Source: Octopus sinensis (lineage: Eukaryota). From it: DNA of 64,000 bases. The notes under the pieces were generated by a model, which worked only from the letters and a program-made list of their open reading frames with translations, searched no databases and was not told where the DNA came from. The stretch is from contig NC_043003.1 of the NCBI RefSeq assembly GCF_006345805.1, positions 6,014,001-6,078,000 of the forward strand. The letters are read 5' to 3'. Positions 26,140-38,150 of the stretch are shown here, piece after piece. Position 1 is the first letter of the stretch, and each line of letters begins with the position of its first letter. A program made the translations under genes and the position numbers.

Positions 26140-26834
26140 AGATATTTATATATATATTCATAAATGAGGGTGAAAAATTAGATATTAATTTAATAATACC
26201 ATCAGACTCTCTTATATTTACGTATATATATATATATACATACGTTGGTGAGAATGTGTGTATACAAAGCGATGCTCTGAAGAATTCCATAGACTCCTGG
26301 TAGATGGCGCTGACTTGAAGAAATTCTTCTAGAAAACATTGGGGGTATTTTCTTGTGTACGTGTACACATTTATTTGTTTGTCTTTTATTACCACCAGTT
26401 GGAATTCTATTTGCTATCTACGATGTGAAATCTAGCATTATTTAAGTAGGTTTTTATATATTTCTATGCACCTTCTGTACTAGTTGTCTCCCCTTAACTA
26501 TAGAAAATTATTCCATTTTGTCTGACAGTATTTATCTATTTATTTATTCGTATTTATGTTAGGTTGAGAAGTTGCAAGAGGCCATAAGCGCTAATATATG
26601 ATTTATAAAAACATGTGACGTATAAATAATACCTGTAAATATAAAACCATCCAGATTTCTGTGTACCTTATTTCTTCTAATATATATAGAGAGAGAGAGA
26701 AAGGGGGGAGATACACATATATGTACATACACATATATATATATATATTTATGTGTTTGTGTATGTATGTATATATATATGTAAATATTTGTACGTTTAA
26801 ATATTCTGTACATATATGTGTGTATGTGCATATA

Positions 26835-26873
<39 letters not shown>

Positions 26874-27129
26874 TATATAATAGTTATCGCCATACTATTA
26901 TTTTCCAGGAACGCTGCCGTGATCTCTTTTAGAGACTTAGTAATTTTAATATTTCTATTATATATATATATATATATATATAAGATATAAGCATGTATAA
27001 ATGTTTATATACATATATATATACATATACATGTGTGTGCGTGTATTTATATATACGTGTTTGTATGGATATACTTCGATACTTTGATAGGTTTCGGCAG
27101 TATTTGCTCAGGCCTTGTCTAACCTAATA

Positions 27130-27860
27130 ACACCACCTGGCAAAGTCATTCAAATTACAAATCGGACAACATGGCCCACTCGAGGAGAGAGTTATTGCTT
27201 ATAGAGACATATCCGGGGTATAGGAGGTTTATTTGGGATTTCTCAAAGGAATTTGTCCAAAGACTTCTTGAACTTTATGGAGTCTGTTTCTGCTTTAATG
27301 TGATTTGGTGTAATGTCTAAGAGGACGGGGCCAATTGAAGTGAAATATTCCCTCCAATGCCGCCCTGAGCGTTACATCATATGCATGATGTGGAAAATAT
27401 TCCATCAGCTTTGCCCAAATGATGTTGGCATCACATTTAAGATATACCCAAGACTTGGTACCCGTACTATCTACCCACAAAATAAATCATACTCACATCA
27501 CTTTTCAGCCGACCCCAATAGTCAAGGCCTGTCATGCCATCTATCTTTTTTGTAATTGACCTTTGAGGTGCTTCAATATTCATGATACTTTGTTTCGTGT
27601 GGGGAGACAACAGTAAACAACAGTATTCAAGGTGGGGTCAGGCAAAAGTAGAGAAGAGAAGGATAATGGTGTGGATATCTCTCGATTGGAAAGTTCAGCG
27701 AATCAAGGAACACATTCTGCGGGCCATGTCAACTTTGCTGTTTATATGAGCAGCGCAGCTTATGTTGTTTTCCGCAATTACTCCCAAGTCTCTGATATTG
27801 TTGGATGCCATGACAGTTTCACGTGATGGAAGGGAATGTGGGAGTTTCTGGGTATCCTTT
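27130..27860 (-). mobile_element. CR1-type LINE 3' fragment
   Basis: NIRDLGVIAENNIS..AHINSKV, TFQSRD....LLFSTF..PHLEYCC, FKKSLDKFL.EIPNKP. Confidence 0.8.
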
Positions 27861-27890
27861 TTTCCATAGTGGATTAACAAACACACACAC

Positions 27891-27924
<34 letters not shown>

Positions 27925-28427
27925 CTATATATATATATATATACTATATCATCTATTATATATATAAATACAAACGTGAATATACATGGCTATCTATGAA
28001 TATCTATCTATATATGTATGTGTATATATGCATATGGGTGTATATAGTTGTGTTTTACGTATGTGTGTATGTATGTATATATATATATATATATATACAT
28101 TCGTTGGTGAGAATGTGTATATACAAAACGATGCTTTGAAGAATTCCATAGACTCCTGGTAGATGGCGCTGATTTGAAGAAATTCTTGTAGAAAACATTG
28201 GCAGACATTCCATTGCTAGAAATCAAGTTTATTAACGGCCAAATCGAATCATCGATTCTACATTCTCCACATAACACTCTGCCTTATTAAATCATCGGCT
28301 AAACACAGAGATTAATAGACTTGCCATCGACACGTATAGCATGCAGCTTCACCAGAAACTGATGCTGGCTTCCAGGAACTACAGCATACTCGTCTCCACT
28401 ATTAAATAATGAACCTGACAGTCACTA

Positions 28428-28496
<69 letters not shown>

Positions 28497-29739
28497 TATA
28501 TATATATATGCGTGTGTGTATGCATACAGGTAAGCCTGGGTACATATCATACACATATATATATACATGCATACACAGATGTATATATATATGTGTATTA
28601 TTCTTATTTTTTACGCATTTTAGTCATGAAATCGTGGTCATGCTGGAGCAGCAGCGAGTTTGATTTGAAATATTGTTTGCATCCGCATTTTTTAAGTGTA
28701 CGTGTGTTTATAGACATACATCTATGCGATATTATGTCATTTCACACATACACACATATAGATAGATAGAGAGAGAGAGAGAGGAAGAGAAAGAGAGATA
28801 GATAGAGGAGGACAGATAGAAAGATAGAGTGAGTGAGAGATGATGATGATATAACATATATGTGTATGTATATAAACACGTGTGCACTTTACTAGGCATA
28901 TGCGTACACTTAGAATATAAACCGAGATATTGTCGTGCTCCAGCGTGGCCGGAGCCGAGTGGCTGAAACGTGTAAAAGAATAAAAGAATATGCACACACG
29001 TATGCACTGACAACCTCCTTCGACATCGGAACTGTCACCCACCCACAGATACACAGACACACCCCTTAAAAACTCCTTTTAAAACTACCAAACATACCAA
29101 CGCTTACGTTACACAAAGTTCGCGCGTTTTTAAGTCCTTGCCTCTCACCTCCACTGTTACATCTCTGTAACTAGAAACCACATCTCACCCTGCTCTCTCT
29201 TTCCTCCTCTCTCTCTCTCTCTTTCTCTCTGTCCCCCCAACGGTATCTCTCTCCCTCTCTCTCACATCATTTTTCTTTGTACAATCTTTGCTTTTGAGAC
29301 TATGTTGAACTGTGCTTCACTTCTGGTCAGACCCACATACATCAGATTCCTTCTTTGCCCACTGAGCTGTCAGATTTTCTTCCCGAAATATTTATATATA
29401 TTGAACAGTTTATTTTCGTATTAATTTGTCCTTGATTATCGCTTCTAGATATACGCTGGACTCTACGTAGGGCTTGGAGTATATATACATTCATTCTATT
29501 GATATATATCTTTTGCCAGCATGTTGCGAAAGTAGAACGGAATTTTTTCTTAAAAGGGGACGGATAAAATGTGATTCTAGGTGAAACGCAACGGAAAAGG
29601 GTAAAAAATTGATATAATGAATAAATACCTTCATTTCTAAATACATTTAGATTAGATTAGAAAAACTCATCTGCGCTCTAGAAATAGAAAACTGCAAAGG
29701 CCGACAGAAAGTAGAGGTTGGTCAAACAGAAGCTTATAA

Positions 29740-30345
29740 ACATAATATTTTCTACTCTAGATACAAGCCTGCAATTTTAGGGGAAGGAAATAATCGATAA
29801 CATTGACCTCAGTACTTAACTGGTACTTATTTTATCGGCCCTGAAAATTGAAAGGGGAAGTCGACCTCACGAAATTTGAACTCTAGGCGTAGGGATGGAT
29901 ATTTTTCCCGGTATGCTAACGATTCTTATTTCTTTATTGCCCACAATGGGCTAAACACAGAGGGGACAAACAAGGACAGACAAACGGATTAAGCCGATTA
30001 CGTCGACCCCAGTGCGTAACTGGTACTTATTTAATCGACCCCGAAAGGATGAAAGGCAAAGCCGACCTCGGCGGAATTTGAACTCAGAACGTAGGCGGCA
30101 GACGAAATACCTATTTCTTTATTACCCACAAGGGGACAAACACAGAGGGGACAAACAAGGACAGACATAGGTATTAAGTCGATTACATCGACCCCAGTGC
30201 GTAACTGGTACTTAATTTTTTGACCCCGAAAGGATGAAAGGCAAAGTCGACCTCGGCGGAATTTGAACTCAGAACGTAGGCGGCAGACGAAATACCACTA
30301 AGCATTTCGTCTGGCGTGCTAACGATTCTGTCAGCTCGCCGCCTT
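29740..30345 (-). mobile_element. SINE B dimer (29926-30345) abutting an older SINE B copy (29740-29925)
   Basis: Head plus two bodies; junction gacgaaatac|ctatttc at 30110/30111. Confidence 0.85.
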
Positions 30346-31172
30346 CCCGAGGGACGACAAATGCAAAGTTGGACTCCAAGACGACATTCGAGTTCAAAAC
30401 TTTAAGAATCGCAGAAAAATTCTGCAAGACATATTCATATGCTCGAACCATTCTGACAATATATGCCCAAGGATATTTGTTCCTAGTTGGGCAACCGGTT
30501 TATCAAATTTGTCCAACAAAAATAACATATTCTCGTTTGCAAACGTAGACATGACACTATCGGCAACCAAGATCTGATATGAATCTGTGAAAATAAAAGC
30601 TCGGGAGATGCTCAAACTGAATATTTTGTCTCCTTAGTGATGACTCGTAGAAATATCTATTTATACTGAGGTCAGCCATTTTCATATCAGTAACGTTGGT
30701 CTGGCTTTAGAAGACTGGATCGATGTAGTTACATAGGAAGGAGACACAGAGCATAATTAGTCTCAAAGGGTTGAGAGACAGAACAGAAATAATTATGGTG
30801 TAGCGCTACACTGAGTGAAAAAGGCTTGAAATGAAACAAATATGAATACATTATGGATTTATTGCTGGTCTGTTTATAGAAATCACTCAGGTCAGCTTAA
30901 ACCTAGACTTTATTGTTTGGATTTATCGCTACACACGATGTGGCTGAATCGGTAGTAAACTCTGTAATAACTCTAGATATCATGGGTTCGACTCGTGCCC
31001 CAGGAATGACCGCTGTTATCATTGAATTTGCCAAATATCAGAATCTCTACTTATTATTGCTTGTTTATTATTGATTTATTATTGCTTGCTTACACTTTTT
31101 CCATATCAGTGACTTTTCGTCACTGGGAAAAGGATATATATTTGCATCGGGAAGCCTACTTTTAATCAACAG

Positions 31173-31769
31173 CCGGTGGTTGTCACTAACGGATGTTGGT
31201 AGGGATTTCTTCGATGCGAGTTCGAATCGTTACACACTGATATTGTATGTTTGTTGTAGGTTCCCCCGCACGGGTGAACCAAGATTCGTTGGATTGTGTA
31301 AATTATTGAATTTCAGTCACTGGTTCGTTTGCACCTGTTAAAATGTATAAAGAAAAGAGAAAAAAAAAAACGATACAAAAAAACAAACAAAAGACTAAGA
31401 AAAAGAACAAGTTAAAAAAGGAAAAAAAGTCTGTAAGAACGTTTAATTGTAAAAAAGAAATCGCGGTTTCGTCTCGGAGCGGGACCGAGAAAACCGTCTC
31501 ATATTCATTATAATTTAAAATCATTGTAATTCATTCTTTCATATGTTCCTTTTTTGTTCCCGCATGTTTGTGTATGTCCCCTCTGTATGCAGGCCTTGGG
31601 CCTATAATAAAGAGAGAACCGGTGGTTGTCACTAACGGGTGTTGGTAGTGATTTCTTCGATGTGAGTTCGATATTGTATGCTTTTTGTAGGTTTCTCCGC
31701 GCGTGTGAACCAAGATTCGTTGGATTGTGTAAATTGTTGGATTTCAGTCACTGGTTCGTTTGTACCTGT
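31173..31769. repeat. Two ~150-165-bp direct repeats (31173-31338 and 31619-31769)
   Basis: ccggtggttgtcactaacgg...ttcagtcactggttcgtttg(c/t)acctgt. Confidence 0.85.
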
Positions 31770-31911
31770 ATAATCCCCGTCTACGGCAGGAGTGAAGAAG
31801 TATGGAGAATAAACAAAGTTACCCAGCGGCAACGACACAAGGAATAAATGCCAACACTCTGGAATTTCAAGAAATAGAAATGGACACAAGAAATAGGAAG
31901 TTGCCAACCCA

Positions 31912-31984
<73 letters not shown>

Positions 31985-31988
<4 letters not shown>

Positions 31989-32316
31989 CGGAGATATACT
32001 TGCAGAGCAAGTGATCTGATCTGAGATCGTGTGCTGGAACGAAAATAATTACAGCGTGGAAGGTGTTTATAAGCCATTTAAGAAACACACAAAACCGTTG
32101 GATTCACTTCAACACTTAAATTTAATTGGCCAAACTATTTTCGTCGCTTTGAGACCGCGACCTGTTCCCTGACAAACAACATGGAATTTTGTCAGTGAAC
32201 AGGTCGTGGTCTCAAAGCGAGGAAGATATTTTGACAAATTAAATTTAAATGTTGAAGTGAATCTAACGGTTTTTGTGTTTCTTAAATGGCTTATAAACAC
32301 TTTCTACGCTGCAATT
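31985..32316. mobile_element. PLE-type terminal repeat in inverted arrangement (arms 32047-32176 and 32188-32316)
   Basis: Same family as 7625-7945; 11-nt spacer; each arm carries a degenerate hammerhead. Confidence 0.75.
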
Positions 32317-32317
32317 G

Positions 32318-32401
<84 letters not shown>

Positions 32402-32439
32402 GTGTATATATACTTGTCTATATATATTTATGTGTGTGT

Positions 32440-32670
32440 GTTTGTGCGTGAGTCTGTGTCTGTGTTTGCCCCAACTCCACCCACCCCATCATCACGGATG
32501 TTGATGTTTTTGTGTTCCCCGTAACTTATCGGTTCAGCAAAAGAGGTCAATGAAATAAGTACCAGGCTTACAAAAAAATAAGTCCTGGGGTCGACTAAAT
32601 CCCCTTTAAGTCGGTGTTCCATCATGGCCGCAGTCGAATGACTGAAGCAAGGGAAAGAATAAAAGAATGC
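32440..32670 (+). mobile_element. SINE A 3' half, degenerate
   Basis: taactta.cggttc.gcaaaagag...ataagt...tgactgaa...aaaagaat. Confidence 0.7.
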
Positions 32671-33532
32671 ATTCACACACATACACACATGTATATGGGT
32701 TTGTGTTATTTAAAAATCTGTGCTTTTTATTTGCTTCCAATATATTATGTATGCTTCTGTATAGTGTGTGTGTGTGTATGTGTGTGTGTGTGTCTGTGTG
32801 TGTGTGCGTGTCTGTGTGATTACAAATGAATTCACTAATAGAAAATATAAATATATAGCAAGACAAAACAGAAAACCTACAGATTATTACTAAAAAACAT
32901 GAACGCCGATATTGTTCCATTATTAGTTGGCAATCGTGATAATTAGGTAAGACCTTTCGACAGGTTTTCAAACGCCTATTGCTAAAGTGGACGCCGGAGA
33001 GATGATTTATACACATTTACCTCGTTTTCTTCTTACAGACGATAAATAAATGTTTTCCCCTAAAAAAACTAATTTCGTAATTTCAAATCTCACATAGATT
33101 TCTTTCGTTAACCTCATTTGTTAAAAATAATAATTATATTAATAAATGTTTCAAATTTTGGAGCTAGGCCAACAATTCTAGGGTGAGTGGTATGTCGATT
33201 ATATCAGCGTTAGAAATTTACTAACAATTCATTTCACCCCTGAAAGGGTCAAAGGCAATGTTAATTTCAGCGGTCAACAGGCGGAGTACAAACCTAGCGG
33301 AATTTGAACTCAGAACGTAAAGAGACAGAAGAATTATTTCTAAGCATTTCCTCTGACACGTTAACAACTCTACCAGTTAATCTCTTTCTTTAACTTCAAA
33401 CTAGCAGAAAGCCAGCGATTTTCAGCGGAGCAGAACAGGCCCTGCCAGCGGTTCCCAACCCTATTATTTAAATAAGTTTTCCCACGGGCCGCTTTTAATA
33501 TGCTCATCGTTATATATATATATTGGGTTGGC

Positions 33533-34276
33533 GGATCTTTTCCTTTTGAACGGCAGTTTTCAACACAATTTCTAGTTAACTAAACACTTTTAAACTTCGT
33601 ATACTGGTAGAATGTGGCTTTCTTGAGAAAATTGTAATTCGTAAGTTTAACGTAGTTTAATTTATCGAATTTTAACCAATCAATGGCCTCTATTGAGCTA
33701 AAATCATTTGCTGCGTCTAAAACTGAGACAGCATCCTGTCAATGTTATGTTTACGTACGGAAAGCGTGTGTATAAAATTATAGAATTATTTTGTTTGTTA
33801 ATTGTTTAAATTATTTTCCATTGCTTTCGTTTTAGCCTTTCGTTTTTTTTTTCTTAAGCAATGGAAAATAGTTTAAACAATACACGTGTATCTCAAAACA
33901 ACAACTGAAAACAAAAACAAAACGAATAATTTTAGACACACGCGTAACAATTAAATTAATTTAACAATTAAGAAAAAAAAACGAAAGGCTAAAATTTAGG
34001 GTTAGGGTTAAGGTTAGTGTTAGGGTTAGGGTTTGGGTTAGTGACAGGATGTTGTCTCAGTTTTAGACGCAGCAAATGATTTTAGCTCAATAGAGGCCAT
34101 TGATAGGTTAAAATTCGAAAAATTAAATTACGTTAAGCTTACAAATTACAATTTTCTCAAGAAAGCCAAGAGAAAAAAATGTTTTATTTTGACACATTCT
34201 ACCAGTATACGAAGTCTAAAAGTGTTTAGTTAACTAGAAATTGTGTTGAAAACTGCCGTTCAAAAGGAAAAGATCC
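33533..34276. mobile_element. Foldback MITE with ~220-bp TIRs (GGATC...GATCC), 8-bp TSD-like flanks and internal TTAGGG repeats; Merlin-like
   Basis: TIR ggatcttttccttttgaacggcag; flanks gggttggc/gagttagc (6/8); degenerate TTAGGG run at 33996-34041. Confidence 0.75.
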
Positions 34277-35372
34277 GAGTTAGCAACTAAGTTCTCGCTG
34301 TTTTTTTTTTTATTATCTCGGAATTCATTGCATTGTTGTATTCATGCAACGTATGCATATGCGTTTATATCTGTGTGTGAATATGTGCGTGAGGGGTGGT
34401 AGCCGCACGGTCCTATTCACGTGATCTGTTAAATTCTTTTGTTGCTCTTAGCAACAATACCTGAATATAGTGAAGCACGTCTGGTGCTAAGACAACCATT
34501 CCTGCCAGTGGTGGTGTTGATGGTGGTGGTGGTAGAGGCACAGGAAGAGGAGGTGGAGTACTTAGCCGATGGAATAAAACTAAGACGACCTCCCTCAGTT
34601 CTTAAAGTTGCCCTGCAGCTGCCACATAAACCTTAACCACATAAAATTTAACACATCAGCCATGAAGAAACCCAGCACACAATGAATTCTCTACGGTTGC
34701 TGTCGTCTGCTAGAAACAGCAACCAAGTTACATGCTGACATTTTAACCAATATATAAATGCATCGATATGTTGTCCGGGTGAAATAGTCGGACAGTTAGT
34801 GGCAAAAACGTTTGATCTTAAATCTGGTGGATCAAGGCTGACATGCAAATAAACAATATTAACAATGATACACGGTTAAGACATAAATCTCTCTCTGTCT
34901 CTCTCTCTCTCTGTCTCTCTCTCTCTCTGTCTCTCTCTCTCTCAAAAACAATATATTTTAATCTCCTTTCAATATTACGAAAAAAATAAAATAAAATCGA
35001 TCTATTTGTCTTGTTCACAACATGAATAATTATCTTTATAATACGAGCAAATAGGCATAACTGGATCGGGCTAACGGTGTGAAGTTCGATTATTCGGGGT
35101 GAAATAAGCAACGATTTTTCAATACATGAAAATTTGATAGACTAAAACCTATCGGTAAATAATTGGGAGTCTGAAAAGACAGGGGAGGTATTCTCTACGA
35201 ATTAATGATATACGACAAAAAAAAATTTAGATGTGTGAAGTGGAAAAGATCTAATTAGTGTTAACAAGCAAGAATATAAAAAAAGAAAAGACATGTTTCG
35301 ATTTTACAAGACATCGTCAGCACAGCTTTGTCTTCCCATATCAAGTTTGAAAAATGTTGAGATCTTGTGAAG

Positions 35373-35410
<38 letters not shown>

Positions 35411-35522
35411 GGACATGCACACACGCACCCACGTACAGACACATACACAGGCATATACACATGCACACATACGCTCTCTCTCACAAGTATATACATACAT
35501 GTGCATACAAACCGTTATGTAA

Positions 35523-35574
<52 letters not shown>

Positions 35575-35719
35575 TGTGTGTGTGTGTGTATGTGTGTGTG
35601 TGTGTATGTACATATATATTTATATGCATATACTAATACTCACTTACACATACATACATATGTGTGTGTGTGTGTGTGTGTAGATGTATATATTTATGCA
35701 TTGTATATACGTATATAAA

Positions 35720-35756
<37 letters not shown>

Positions 35757-36027
35757 TGTGTGAGTGTGTATAATTTCGTGTATTATATATCAATACGATA
35801 TATATGCATATAAATATACATATAAACACATTAATATATACACATATATATTTATTAATAGATCGTTTAATTGCACTTAGAGAATAAAAATTTATTGACA
35901 TTAGTATCATACTTACAGAGGTGATGTGTGTATGCACGTTTATATATGAGTGAGTTGTTTATGTGAGTGTGTGTGCGCCACGAATGTATAAGTCTGTCGT
36001 CTGTCTGTCTATCTGTCTGTCTGACTG

Positions 36028-36058
<31 letters not shown>

Positions 36059-36979
36059 ATCTATCTATCTCGTTTTCTATGCATTTACATATGTGTGTGT
36101 GTATGTGTGTGTGTGTGTGTGTGTTTAGATAGATACAGGAAGTGTGGTGAGATTTAGATGTATGATGCACGCATTTAGATGTATGTCTATACGCCTACAC
36201 ATATATGTAAGTATAACTACATACATTTATTCATAGAAAGAGAGAGAGAGATAGAGAGAATGAGAATACAAACAGACAGAATGACAGACCAATGGACATA
36301 CACAGCGGCAGACATACAGGCGAAGAGCTTCGTACGCTATTGACAGAGTCAACGTTACGTCTCTCTTTCTCGAAATTCACCCCGGGGTATAATATTCTAA
36401 CAACTTATTCTCAGCTAATCTATTTTTTACCTCTTGATTTTGGCACTGACCAATTATTTATATTTAGGGCTATTTAAGACTCATTTAAGTGAAGAATTCG
36501 TAGCTTCGATGTACGACGACCGATAATTTTCTCGTTAGGTTCCTATTGGGAAGAAAAAATTGGCGTTAAAACACGAGGTAGGTGTCGACGCCTCTTTCTA
36601 TTCGAGGGCTATAGTTGTGGTTTGTTAAAACTGAAAAAATAGTTGAAACCTTCGCGAAAATCCTATTTCTAAAAATGATTTAATGTTCAGCCTTACAAGT
36701 ATCTCTTATTAGTTCCTTCGACGACCGCAATTGTCTTAATATCTGAAGGTTGATTGTTAGTGAGTCTCGTGTCTTCTTTTCCTGGGAATCTACCTGTATT
36801 TTCATTACTACTATATTTTGATGTTGTTTTTGTTATAACAATAACAATAATAATAATAATAATAGAAATAATAATGGTATGGAAAACACTCAGCAAGAAT
36901 CGGAAGAAAATTTGAAGAAAGAAGGAAAAAACATAATAATAATAATTATTATTATTATTATTGTTATTATTATTATTAT

Positions 36980-37000
36980 TATTAGTAGTAGTAGTAGTAG

Positions 37001-37092
<92 letters not shown>

Positions 37093-37095
37093 TCA
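36980..37095. repeat. (TAG)n(CAG)n(TAG)n compound tract
   Basis: Direct inspection. Confidence 0.95.
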
Positions 37096-37135
37096 TTATT
37101 AATATTATTACTATCATCATTATTATTATTATTTT

Positions 37136-38150
37136 ATAAACTTTTCACACCTTCCAACGCTGGAGATGTACTACGGTGTCAATTGTTCACCTCTTATTTA
37201 TCGAACGTCATCCGCAGTATTCGAGCGGTTCCAAGCAGTGGTGTTTTCAGCAAGCGCTCCACCCTTATTGCAGCCCTTATTTATTCCATGTACTTCTCAA
37301 GATTTTTACGCACTATTCCCAGGGCTCCAACAGTTATTGGTACTACTACCACTTTTTTTTATCGACCACAACTGTTTACGCTCCTAAGCTCACTTGTTAC
37401 ATCTACCGACTTTTCTTTCTGCCTAATCGCATACCTTGTTGTCAGCTGGACATGCTATATCTATGATCTAGCATCGTTTGCTTTCTTTCTCAATTAACAC
37501 TATGTCTAGTTTCATATTATCTATCTCATGGTCGCACTAGATCATAAAATCTCATATAGGATTTTTGCATTATCATTTTCGATGAGGACTTCGGGTATTG
37601 TTTGTGCCTCTCGTTGGCTCTGTCAAGTCCATACTTGCTGCACAGTGCCCAATGGACAATTCTTACTATATTGTCGTGACGTCTCTCATATTCTTTCTGG
37701 GCTAGTGGCGTTCATAGACGGGGAACATAGCATACGGTTTCACCATTTTATCTACAAATTCTGCACTTATCACCTTCTGATGTGTTGTTTGTTTTGTATT
37801 TGATGCAATTGGTTCTTAATGCTGGGTCTTGGACAGCACAGAGTAGAGCCTCTGTTTCCAGTTTTAAATCACTTTTAGTCATCCATAGGTATCCCTTTTC
37901 TCTGTCTTATCTTCGACATCGCTATGAAATTGTCCATGCACTATTTTCTTTATCCACCTATTTTCAGTTTCATTCATTCTCAAGTCCTTGTATAGTGCTT
38001 TATCTTTGCAAACGTCCATTATGCACAACCCTGACTATCTTACTTCCAATAATAATGGTCTGTGGCATTTGTTACATACCATGCTATATAGTTTTCTTCT
38101 GTTTTAATGGTGTATTTTATTCCCTAACCATGCCGTGTTCGAATCTCAGG
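37136..38150 (-). mobile_element. R4/Dong-clade non-LTR retrotransposon 3' part (Zn-knuckle region and restriction-like endonuclease)
   Basis: LAQKEYERRHDNIVRIVHWALCSKYGL (~37630-37705), KVVVVPITVGALG (~37318-37352), LLGTARILR (~37213-37237); 3' end runs into (TAA)n. Confidence 0.85.

Noticed and set aside
30345-30620. Coding-looking block after the SINE array
   Set aside because: No recognisable motif in any frame; left unannotated.
33996-34041. TTAGGG run as a true telomere or chromosome fusion site
   Set aside because: Short, degenerate, one orientation only, and internal to a TIR element.
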